Below, piece by piece: positions 1 to 7,392 of a stretch of DNA of 64,000 nucleotides. Position 1 is the stretch's first letter. Every line of letters starts with the position of its first letter. The stretch spans positions 1,029 to 65,028 of the forward strand of contig CALVLF010000101.1 of the NCBI GenBank assembly GCA_944336625.1. Direction: 5' to 3'. The position numbers and the translations under genes are program-made. This DNA comes from an uncultured Clostridia bacterium (GTDB lineage: Bacteria > Bacillota > Clostridia > Christensenellales > CAG-138). The notes under the pieces were generated by a model that saw only the letters and a list, made by a program, of their open reading frames with translations, did no database searches and was not told the origin of the DNA.

Positions 1-85
1 AGAATTGTTCTACCACTTCGTGGCCATTGGCCTTGAGCTGGGCAACGGCGGTTTTATCCATGCCATCGGTTACAAGAATACGCAT
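1..85 (-). CDS. serA: NAD-dependent 2-hydroxyacid dehydrogenase, probably D-3-phosphoglycerate dehydrogenase; N-terminal fragment, gene runs off the window start
   Basis: Reverse-strand ATG at 85-83 with AAAGGAGG 7 nt upstream. Translation MRILVTDGMDKTAVAQLKANGHEVVEQF resembles N-termini of this dehydrogenase family. It starts 15 nt after the serC stop, the common serC-serA order. Only 28 aa are visible, so the call rests mostly on context. Confidence 0.5.
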   Translation of the reverse strand, partial: MRILVTDGMDKTAVAQLKANGHEVVEQF

Positions 86-100
86 TGCTTTGCCTCCTTT

Positions 101-1192
101 TTATTGATGCTGGGCCTCATATTCCTTCAGGAAAGCCACCAGGGCCTCCACGCCCTCCTTGGGCATGGCGTTGTAGATGGAAGCCCGCAGGCCCCCTACG
201 CTCTTATGGCCCTTGAGGTTATCGAAGCCGGCGGCTTTCGTGGCCTTTACCACCTCTGCGTCCTTCTCCTTGCTTTCGGTACCGAAGGGCACGTTCGTCA
301 GTGAGCGGTATTCCTTTTCCACCGTGCCCTTGAACATCTTGGAGCTATCCAGGAAGTCGTAAAGGACCTTGGCCTTTTCCTCGTTCCGGCGGGCCATCTC
401 CTCCAGGCCGCCGATGCTCTTAAGGTATTTGAATACCTTGCCGCAGACGTAGATGCACCAGCAGTTGGGGGTGTTATACATGGAGTCGTTATTGGCATGG
501 GTATCGTAGCGCATATAGACGGGGATGCGGGGATCTAGGTCGTCGGTACGGATCAGATCCTCCCGGATGATGACGATGGCCATGCCGGCAGGGCCTACGT
601 TCTTCTGTACGCCGCCGTAGATCATGCCATAGTCTGAAACGTTGCAGGGCTTGGAAAGGAACATGGAGGATTGATCCGCTACCAGCACCTTGCCCTTGGT
701 ATTGGGGAGCTGCTGGTAGGTGGTGCCGTGAATGGTCTCGTTTTCGCAGATGTAAACGTAGTCCGCATCCGGGCTGATGGGCAGGTCGGAGCAGTCGGGA
801 ATATAGCTGTAGTTCCGGTCCTCGCTGGTGGCCACCAGGTTGATTTTGCCGTATTTCTTGGCCTCGGTATAGGCCTTTTTGCTCCAGGAGCCAGAGACGA
901 TATAGTCGGCCACGCCGTTTTTCATCAGGTTCATGGGGATCATGGCGAACTGGAGGGTAGCGCCGCCCTGAATGAAAAGGACCTTGTAATTATCCGGGAT
1001 GTTCATCAGTTCCCGCAAATCGGCCTCGGCCTCTTGGGCGATGGTTTTAAAAACCTCTGAGCGGTGGCTCATTTCCATAACGCTCATGCCGGAGCCTCTG
1101 TAGTTGAGCACTTCCGCTGCGATCTCTTCCAATACGGGTTCGGGCAGCATGCTGGGGCCTGCGGAGAAGTTGTAGATGCGATCGTACTTCAT
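101..1192 (-). CDS. serC: 3-phosphoserine/phosphohydroxythreonine aminotransferase
   Basis: 363-aa ORF. The N-terminus MKYDRIYNFSAGPSMLPEPVLEE and the C-terminal GGLRASIYNAMP are classic SerC (class V aminotransferase) signatures. RBS AAGGAGAG lies 6 nt upstream. Confidence 0.95.
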   Translation of the reverse strand: MKYDRIYNFSAGPSMLPEPVLEEIAAEVLNYRGSGMSVMEMSHRSEVFKTIAQEAEADLRELMNIPDNYKVLFIQGGATLQFAMIPMNLMKNGVADYIVSGSWSKKAYTEAKKYGKINLVATSEDRNYSYIPDCSDLPISPDADYVYICENETIHGTTYQQLPNTKGKVLVADQSSMFLSKPCNVSDYGMIYGGVQKNVGPAGMAIVIIREDLIRTDDLDPRIPVYMRYDTHANNDSMYNTPNCWCIYVCGKVFKYLKSIGGLEEMARRNEEKAKVLYDFLDSSKMFKGTVEKEYRSLTNVPFGTESKEKDAEVVKATKAAGFDNLKGHKSVGGLRASIYNAMPKEGVEALVAFLKEYEAQHQ

Positions 1193-1297
1193 GATAGACT
1201 CTCCTTAATTATGTATTGCAAATGAAAGGCGGCACGATGCCGTCCGAAAAGGGGAAAGGGCCGGGCAAGGCAAAAAAAGCCATGCCCTATTAAGCTG

Positions 1298-1326
1298 ATT
1301 ATATACCACCTGCTGTCTTAAAGCAA
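1298..1326 (-). promoter_or_regulatory. Sigma-A type promoter for serC-serA
   Basis: On the reverse strand: TTGCTT (rc of 1321-1326), a 17-nt spacer, then TATAAT (rc of 1298-1303). It sits about 100 nt upstream of the serC ATG. Confidence 0.5.
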
Positions 1327-1373
1327 TCCGAAAAGCAAATATTTTAATAGGTCGCAAAAAAATATTTTTGATA

Positions 1374-1404
1374 AATAAAAAACATCCCTGGGAGTTCCCC
1401 AGGG
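1374..1404 (-). terminator. Rho-independent terminator after the zinc-ribbon gene
   Basis: Reverse strand reads CCCTGGG-gaact-CCCAGGG followed by aTGTTTTTTATTT. It begins about 30 nt after the stop at 1434. Confidence 0.55.
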
Positions 1405-1433
1405 ACGCAAAACCTCGGAAAGGGGCGGGGCCG

Positions 1434-1871
1434 TCAGTGGAGCTGGGTGCCGCAGTCGCCGCAGAATTTGGAGCCGGCGGCAATGGTAGCGCCGCATACG
1501 GGGCAGGTTTCCGTGCCGGCAGCAGTGGCGGCCTTGGCCTGGCGGGCCTGCTCCCTGGCCTCCTGGCGGGCCTCCGCCTTGGCCCGGCGCAGGTCATCCT
1601 GCTCCTGCTTAATCTGCTGGATCTCCTCCTGCATGGCCCGTATGTTGGCCTTGCGCTCCCGGATGGCCAAGCAGATCACCGTGGCCCGTTCATCCATGGC
1701 CACGCCGGATTCAAACTTTTCGAATATATATTCTCCCAGGTCGAAATAATGCTGCTCGATGGAATCCTCCTCCCCGTGGATGCGGGAATTCAGCTTGCCG
1801 ATCTCCAGCATATCGTTGGTTTTATCCCCTACGCTTTTTGCAAGATCCCCCAGCTTGTTAAAAAAATCCAT
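1434..1871 (-). CDS. Zinc-ribbon domain protein with coiled-coil middle region
   Basis: The ORF ends with CPVCGATIAAGSKFCGDCGTQL (two CxxC pairs). I prefer ATG at 1871 (MDFFNKLGDLAK) because AAGAGGTG lies 6 nt upstream. The GTG start used in the track lies inside that RBS. Confidence 0.8.
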   Translation of the reverse strand: MDFFNKLGDLAKSVGDKTNDMLEIGKLNSRIHGEEDSIEQHYFDLGEYIFEKFESGVAMDERATVICLAIRERKANIRAMQEEIQQIKQEQDDLRRAKAEARQEAREQARQAKAATAAGTETCPVCGATIAAGSKFCGDCGTQLH

Positions 1872-1914
1872 ATTTTTCACCTCTTAGCTTGGCTTCCACA
1901 AAAATACATTCTGT

Positions 1915-1943
1915 ATTATGCCATAAATAGGCCTGTTTGGCAA
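1915..1943 (-). promoter_or_regulatory. Sigma-A type promoter (extended -10) for the zinc-ribbon gene
   Basis: Reverse strand: TTGCCA (rc 1938-1943), a 17-nt spacer, then TGgCATAAT (rc 1915-1923). Confidence 0.5.
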
Positions 1944-1978
1944 GCCAAAGGGCCATATGGAGCCTGTTCTCAGGATAT

Positions 1979-2170
1979 CTTAATGTAGGGATACACGATT
2001 TTCGCGGCCTGTGCGCCCCCAGGAAACGCTTCGCCCTGAAAAGGCCTGCTTTGGTGCAGTGCAGGGCAGCAGAGCGATGGACTAGCAGCGCTCATTCGAG
2101 GGTTGGTAACCAGAAATGGGTCAAAGCAGACCCTTTCAGGCGTGTAGCCCCCTGTATACTAAGGGTATGC
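1979..2170 (-). ncRNA. Unclassified structured element, copy A; homologous to 38601-38877
   Basis: In reverse orientation it shares ordered blocks with copy B: GCATACCCTTA, ACACGCCTGA, CCCATTTCT, a 20/20 identical core AGCGCTGCTAGTCCATCGCT (rc of 2073-2092), CAAAGCAGGCC and CGTGTATCCC. Its ends and inner arms are mutually complementary, giving a long imperfect hairpin. Whether it is an RNA gene or a DNA repeat is unresolved. Confidence 0.35.
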
Positions 2171-2236
2171 GCAGGGCCGGAAAAAAATGCCGGCCCGGGC
2201 TATGCTGCCCGGGCCTTCCTTCTGCAAGAAAAGGGA

Positions 2237-2998
2237 CTATACCTCTACCAGCTTTACGCCGGCCTTTTGGGCCGCATCCAGGAAATCCTGGGGCAGGGGG
2301 CCGTCCCCCACAAAAATATCCACATCCTCCAGGGTGGCGAAGGTAAAGGGCAATGTCCTGCCCTGCTTGGAGCTATCCATGAGCAGGATGGTACGGGCAG
2401 CCTTTTGAATCACCTTGCGCTTGAGCTGGCTTTCTGCATAGGAGCCGATGGTAAATCCCCCCTGTTCCGAATAGCCGGAGGCGGAAAGAACCGCCGTATC
2501 GATATTGATCATATCTACAAAGGCCTCTGCCTGGGGCCCGCTCAGGGCCAGGGTGGCGCCGCTGATCTCCCCACCCAGGCAGGTGACATTCATCTCCACC
2601 CGTTGAGAAAGCTCCATGGCAATATTGGCGCCGCTGGTCACCACCACATAATGCTGGTTGGGCAGCTGCTTGGCTAGGTTCATAATGGTGCTTCCGGAAT
2701 CCAGAAAGATGGAGGAATTTATATCCAGGAAGGGCAGGGCGGCGCAAGCAATGCGGCGCTTGGCCTCGCTGTTTTCATGCATACGGTTGAAATACAGGTT
2801 CTCCTTATCCCACCGGGCGTTATTGGAAATGGCGCCGCCCCGGATACGGCGAATGGCGCCCTCCTCCTCCAGCCGCTTGAGGTAGCGCCATATGGTCATC
2901 TTGGAGCAGCCATCGCACAGTTCCACCAGTTCATCCACGGTAACCTCGCCGTGAAGGTCGATATATTTGCGTACGTTCTCAATGCGTCTGTTTGCCAT
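2237..2998 (-). CDS. DeoR/GlpR family transcriptional regulator
   Basis: 253 aa. N-terminal wHTH (VTVDELVELCDGCSKMTIWRYLKRLEEEGAIRRIRGGA) followed by a DeoR C-terminal sensor domain (LDSGSTIMNLAKQL...). RBS AAAGGAGG lies 6 nt upstream. Confidence 0.9.
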   Translation of the reverse strand: MANRRIENVRKYIDLHGEVTVDELVELCDGCSKMTIWRYLKRLEEEGAIRRIRGGAISNNARWDKENLYFNRMHENSEAKRRIACAALPFLDINSSIFLDSGSTIMNLAKQLPNQHYVVVTSGANIAMELSQRVEMNVTCLGGEISGATLALSGPQAEAFVDMINIDTAVLSASGYSEQGGFTIGSYAESQLKRKVIQKAARTILLMDSSKQGRTLPFTFATLEDVDIFVGDGPLPQDFLDAAQKAGVKLVEV

Positions 2999-3181
2999 AT
3001 GGAGCCTCCTTTATCTTCGCCGGGCAAAAGAGGATAGCCCGGTAGTTCTGTCGGTAGTATGCGCGCCGTACAGGCGGCAGGTGGGCTTGTTGGGATGGGC
3101 GGATGGGGTGCCAAAAATGCGCGGAGCTCCGCCGCAAGGAATCTTGCCTGGGGCAGAGCTGGTTTCCAGCAGATGCGCCCG

Positions 3182-4333
3182 CTAAGGAAGCGGGCGGGAA
3201 GCTTCTTTTTCTCCCAGCAAAAGCAGGGAGATCACCCCGTCCATGAGCCGGGCCATGTCCGCTTTGCAGGTTTTCCGCACCTGCTCCATATCCCCTGCCT
3301 GGGATATGGAAGCAAAGGCCGCCGTAATTCCCTGGGCATAGGTTTCCTCCGCTCCGGGCCCCAGGGAGCCGCACAGGGCGATGCAGGGTACCCCAGCCCG
3401 CTGGCAGCGCCGGGCTACCCCCACGGGGAGCTTGCCCCGGGCGCTCTGCCAATCCAGCCGCCCTTCCCCGGTAAAGACCAGGTCTGCATCCTCCAGTTCC
3501 CGGTCGAAGCCGATGGTATCCAGCAACAGATCTACCCCAGGGACCAGCTTACCGCCCAAAAAGGCTACGACGCCTGCCCCCAGGCCGCCTGCAGCCCCTG
3601 CCCCCGGCAGCGCCGCCACATCCGCCCCTAGCTCCGCCTGAAGCAGCCGGGCCATATTGGCCATACCCGCCTCCAGGCGCTCCAGCTGGGAGCCTTCTGC
3701 GCCTTTCTGGGGGCCGAAGGTATAGGTAGCGCCCTGGGGGCCCAGCAAGGGGTTATCCACGTCACAGGCAGCGGTCACCCGCAGCTCCAGAGGCTGCTCC
3801 GGAGGCCGAATATGGGCGATTCTTCCCATATTTGCCGCCAGGGGCTCCAGCGCCCGGCCCTGTTCATCCAAAAAGCCATAGCCCAGGGCTGCCGCCATGC
3901 CAATGCCGCAGTCGTTGGTGGCGCTTCCTCCCAGGCCCAGCAATACCTCCTGCACCCCCATGGATGCCATATGGCGAAGGAGTTCTCCTAGGCCATAGGT
4001 GCTGGCCCGCTCCGGGTCTCGCTGCTGCCCTACCAGGGGCAGACCAGCGCAGGCCGCCATTTCCAGCACGGCCCTGCCACCAGGCAGCAGGCCATACTGG
4101 GCCTCTACCGGAACGCCAAAAGGGCCCTGTACGGAAGCGCGGCCTTCCTGGCCCCCGCACAGGGATAGATATGCCTGCACCATCCCTTCCCCGCCATCTG
4201 CCAGGGGAAAGGCCCTGCATTGGGCTTGGGGAATCCGGTACTGAATGGCCTGGGCCCATATGGCGCAGATGGTCTGGGCGTCCATGGTGCCCTTAAAGGA
4301 ATCCGGGGCAAGAATAAATCGATACATCATCAT
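3182..4333 (-). CDS. glxK: Glycerate kinase
   Basis: 383 aa. FILAPDSFKGTMDA near the N-terminus and the C-terminal ADLVFTGEGRLDWQS motif are typical of the glycerate kinase family. Three consecutive ATGs sit at the start; the second or third fits the AGAGG RBS better. Confidence 0.9.
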   Translation of the reverse strand: MMMYRFILAPDSFKGTMDAQTICAIWAQAIQYRIPQAQCRAFPLADGGEGMVQAYLSLCGGQEGRASVQGPFGVPVEAQYGLLPGGRAVLEMAACAGLPLVGQQRDPERASTYGLGELLRHMASMGVQEVLLGLGGSATNDCGIGMAAALGYGFLDEQGRALEPLAANMGRIAHIRPPEQPLELRVTAACDVDNPLLGPQGATYTFGPQKGAEGSQLERLEAGMANMARLLQAELGADVAALPGAGAAGGLGAGVVAFLGGKLVPGVDLLLDTIGFDRELEDADLVFTGEGRLDWQSARGKLPVGVARRCQRAGVPCIALCGSLGPGAEETYAQGITAAFASISQAGDMEQVRKTCKADMARLMDGVISLLLLGEKEASRPLP

Positions 4334-4756
4334 AACCTCTAAGATTCATCTATAACAACTGGTTGCTGTTTTTGGCCGCGCCCCGCCAAAGCAGCAGGCC
4401 GGCAGCAGAAAGAGGCTTTAGAATACAAGCGGATGCAGAATAATAAAAAGCCTTGTCTTTCAAAGTTCTCTCCCAATGATTCGCACCCCGCTGCAAAAGG
4501 GGAACCATCTGCGAAACCTGACAGGGCAAACATTTTTTAGCGATTGCATAAGGTACGGTATTTGCGGCATATCATAAGTAATCATTATAAACAATACTCC
4601 ATGCCAGCCCTTCCGTCAATAGAAAAATATGGTAAAATATCCTTATTTTTCTAAAAATGTCCAAATCTTATTTTTCTTGCGGGCCAGCATGACTATGCTA
4701 TACAATAAAAATATATACAGACGAAAAACCGGATTATAAGCAAGGAGGCTGCTGCC

Positions 4757-5716
4757 ATGACAAAAATCGTGGTACTGGATGGCTATACGGAAAACCCGGG
4801 CGACCTGAGCTGGGCAGGCCTTGGGGCCCTGGGCGAGCTGCAGGTTTACGACCGCACGCCGCCGGAGCTGGTAGCCCTGCGGATTGGCGATGCGGATATT
4901 GTCTATACCAATAAAACGCCCATCACCCGGAGCGTTTTGGGATCCTGCCCCAGCATACGGATGATCTCCGTCCTGGCTACGGGCTATAACATCGTGGATT
5001 GCCAGGCCTGCCGGGAGCGGGGCATTCCCGTGACCAACGTGCCTTCCTATGGCACGGCGGCGGTGGCCCAGGCCGCCATAGCCATGCTGCTGGAGATCTG
5101 CAACCGGGTGGGCCACCATGACCAGGCCGTCCACGCCGGCCGCTGGGCCCAGAGCCCGGACTGGTGCTTCTGGGACTACCCCCTGATAGAGCTTGCTGGG
5201 AAGACCATGGGCATCATCGGCTTTGGCCGCATTGGCCAGGCCACGGGCCGCATCGCCCGCTCCCTGGGCATGGAGGTGCTGGCCTATGACCGCTTCCCTA
5301 CGGAGGCGGGCCGGGCCACCGGCGCCTATGTGGACCTGGATACCCTGCTTGCCTCTGCCCATGTGGTATCCCTTCACTGCCCCCTCTTCCCGGATACGGA
5401 GGGGCTCATCAACCGGGAAACCATCGGCAAGATGCGGGATGGAGCCATTCTTCTCAACAATAGCCGGGGCCCTCTGGTGGTGGAGGCAGATCTGGCGGAG
5501 GCACTGAACAGCGGCAAGCTTTACGCCGCCGCCCTGGACGTCGTCTCCCTGGAACCCATCCAGCCGGATAACCCCCTGCTGAAGGCCAGAAATTGCATCA
5601 TCACCCCCCATATTTCCTGGGCCTCCCGGGAGAGCCGCCAGCGGCTCATGGATATTGCCGTGGAAAACTGCGCCGCCTTCCTCCGGGGCCAACCCCAGAA
5701 CGTGGTCAACGGCTAG
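4757..5716 (+). CDS. D-isomer-specific 2-hydroxyacid dehydrogenase (glycerate dehydrogenase/hydroxypyruvate reductase-like)
   Basis: 319 aa. NAD-binding GxGxxG motif (GIIGFGRIGQATG). Catalytic region LLNNSRGPLV...ALDV...ITPHISW. RBS AAGGAGG upstream. Confidence 0.9.
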   Translation: MTKIVVLDGYTENPGDLSWAGLGALGELQVYDRTPPELVALRIGDADIVYTNKTPITRSVLGSCPSIRMISVLATGYNIVDCQACRERGIPVTNVPSYGTAAVAQAAIAMLLEICNRVGHHDQAVHAGRWAQSPDWCFWDYPLIELAGKTMGIIGFGRIGQATGRIARSLGMEVLAYDRFPTEAGRATGAYVDLDTLLASAHVVSLHCPLFPDTEGLINRETIGKMRDGAILLNNSRGPLVVEADLAEALNSGKLYAAALDVVSLEPIQPDNPLLKARNCIITPHISWASRESRQRLMDIAVENCAAFLRGQPQNVVNG

Positions 5717-5718
5717 GC

Positions 5719-6612
5719 ATGCTTACCCGGCAGCTTCGAATCGGCCCCCAGGAGGCAGGGCGCACCGTTGAGAGCCTCCTTCGGGGGGAGCTGGGCCTTT
5801 CCCAGGGGCTGATCGCCCGCCTCAAGCGGCGGCCCTTGGGCATCCGCTGTAACGGCCAGCGGGTATTCACCAACGCCCGCCTGGCGGAAGGGGATCTGCT
5901 GGAGGCGGAGGTAGGGGACTGGCCGGTGAAGCGGGCCCTGCCCATGGAATACCCCCTTTCCATCCTGTATGAAGATGCATACCTGCTGGTGTTGGATAAG
6001 CCGGCGGGCCTAGCCGTCCATGCCTCTACCCGCAGCCCCGGGGAGCTCACCTTGGAAAACGCCCTTGCCTATTACCTGCCCCCGGAGGCGGGGGCCCACC
6101 CGGTGAGCCGGCTGGACCGGGGTACCACCGGGGTAATGACCTGGGCCAAAAGCGGCTATATGCATGCCCTTTTACGCCGCCAGGTCCATACGCCGGACTT
6201 TTTTAAGGCCTATACGGCCATAGCTTTGGGCTCTGTTTTCCCAGCCCACGGCCATATTCGCCTGCCCATAGGCTTCGCCCCCGGCTCCCATTATCAGCGG
6301 GCCATAGAGCCCCAGGGCCAGCCCGCCCATACGGAGTATTTCGTCCTGGCCCGGGGCGGGGGCTATACCTTTCTCCGGCTCATTCCCCATACGGGGCGGA
6401 CCCACCAGCTTCGGGTTCATATGGCAGCCCTGGGCTACCCCCTGGCAGGCGACTGGCTTTATGGCCAGCCCTCCCCCGCCATTGCCCGGCCCGCTCTCCA
6501 TGCCAGCCACCTTTCCCTGCAGCATCCCCTGACAGGGGAACGCCTTTCCCTGGAGGCGCCCCTTCCCCCGGACATGGCCCGCCTCCTCTTTTCTTCCGGC
6601 ATAACCTGCTAA
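5719..6612 (+). CDS. RluA-family pseudouridine synthase (RluD/RluC-like, with S4 domain)
   Basis: The conserved region starts at MLTRQLRIGPQEAGRTVESLL (S4-like). Catalytic motif HPVSRLDRGTTGVMTWAK and HQLRVHMAALGYPLAGD are present. The upstream 42 codons of the track ORF overlap the preceding gene and were rejected. Confidence 0.9.
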   Translation: MLTRQLRIGPQEAGRTVESLLRGELGLSQGLIARLKRRPLGIRCNGQRVFTNARLAEGDLLEAEVGDWPVKRALPMEYPLSILYEDAYLLVLDKPAGLAVHASTRSPGELTLENALAYYLPPEAGAHPVSRLDRGTTGVMTWAKSGYMHALLRRQVHTPDFFKAYTAIALGSVFPAHGHIRLPIGFAPGSHYQRAIEPQGQPAHTEYFVLARGGGYTFLRLIPHTGRTHQLRVHMAALGYPLAGDWLYGQPSPAIARPALHASHLSLQHPLTGERLSLEAPLPPDMARLLFSSGITC

Positions 6613-6616
6613 GGTC

Positions 6617-7392
6617 CTACGCGGACGGCGGCGCTAAGCGCGCGGCTATAGCGCGCGCAGACGTTAGCGGGTAGTCTTCCGCAGTGCCCGCGCCCTTCCT
6701 TAAAAGCCGCCGGGGGCCGTAGATTATGGCCCCCGGCTTTTTCCAGCCGCGCGCAAGCGGGGCCTTATCCATACCGCAAAAGGCCCAAAGTAAGGCGGAG
6801 CGTCGCAAAGGCGCTTGCAACTGAGCAGCGGAGCCGTAGCGACGGCCTTTTGCGGAGAGGAAGAGCAAGGGAGCGACGCGACGGCGGCTTTTTCGCCTAC
6901 AGCTAAAAAGCCGCCGGAGTAAAGCGGACTTTGCGATGACGAGCCGCCGGGCGAAATCCGGTTCGCCCGGCTTTGGCGGGGCGGCTGAAAGGAACGTTCG
7001 TGGAAATACGCAAACGAGGCGGCGGGCGCGCACAGCGCGCACAAAGCAAGGGCAGGGGCTTTGCCCCTGCCCTTGCTTTGGTTTGGCGGCCCTTCGGCCC
7101 GCCAAACGCCGCCGCCCCCTCCTTACCCCCGCCTGCGCAAAGCACCCCCATCCCAAAGGATGGGGGTGCTTTGGTTGCCGCAAAAGGGCTGCTTAGCCCC
7201 TTTTCCACAGGCTGACGCCGGCGGAGCGGATTCTTCCGCCCTGCCTTGTTCGCTTTGCTCATGGCAAGGCTGCTATATAAGGAATGCCCGGCTTAGGCCG
7301 GGCCCTGCCCTTCTGCCGCACCTGCCGCCAGAAGGGGTTGCGCCTCGGGGCTGCGCCCCGAGGCATGAAAACGATTCTTCGGCAGGCTGCCC
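6617..7392. repeat. Modular GC-rich multi-hairpin repeat locus R1
   Basis: Lies between convergent gene ends. Contains block T (6617-6705), terminator-like hairpin H (6706-6742), blocks X and G (6771-6981), three-hairpin cassette type A (7016-7119), and further perfect hairpins (for example 7138-7173, 16 bp). The blocks recur at six other loci. Confidence 0.9.

Noticed and set aside
1193-1433. T-box or other riboswitch in the serC upstream region
   Set aside because: The leader from the predicted promoter is only ~100 nt. There is no specifier-loop/T-box (GGTGGTACCGCG-like) sequence. Only a generic attenuator-like hairpin is seen, and it is reported separately at low interest.
4643-5692. 349-aa minus-strand ORF opposite the 2-hydroxyacid dehydrogenase
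   Set aside because: It is antisense to a gene with clear family motifs, has G/A/R/P-rich composition, and has no RBS or homology signal.
6617-7262. ORFs of 60-220 aa inside the repeat loci. Examples: 6617-7183, 6903-7262, 16626-16958, 33192-33647, 45236-45640, 48792-49370, 58353-58937, 60537-61178.
   Set aside because: They lie wholly in the multi-hairpin repeats. They share peptides only because the DNA is repeated (in both orientations), and they have no RBS. They were treated as non-coding.
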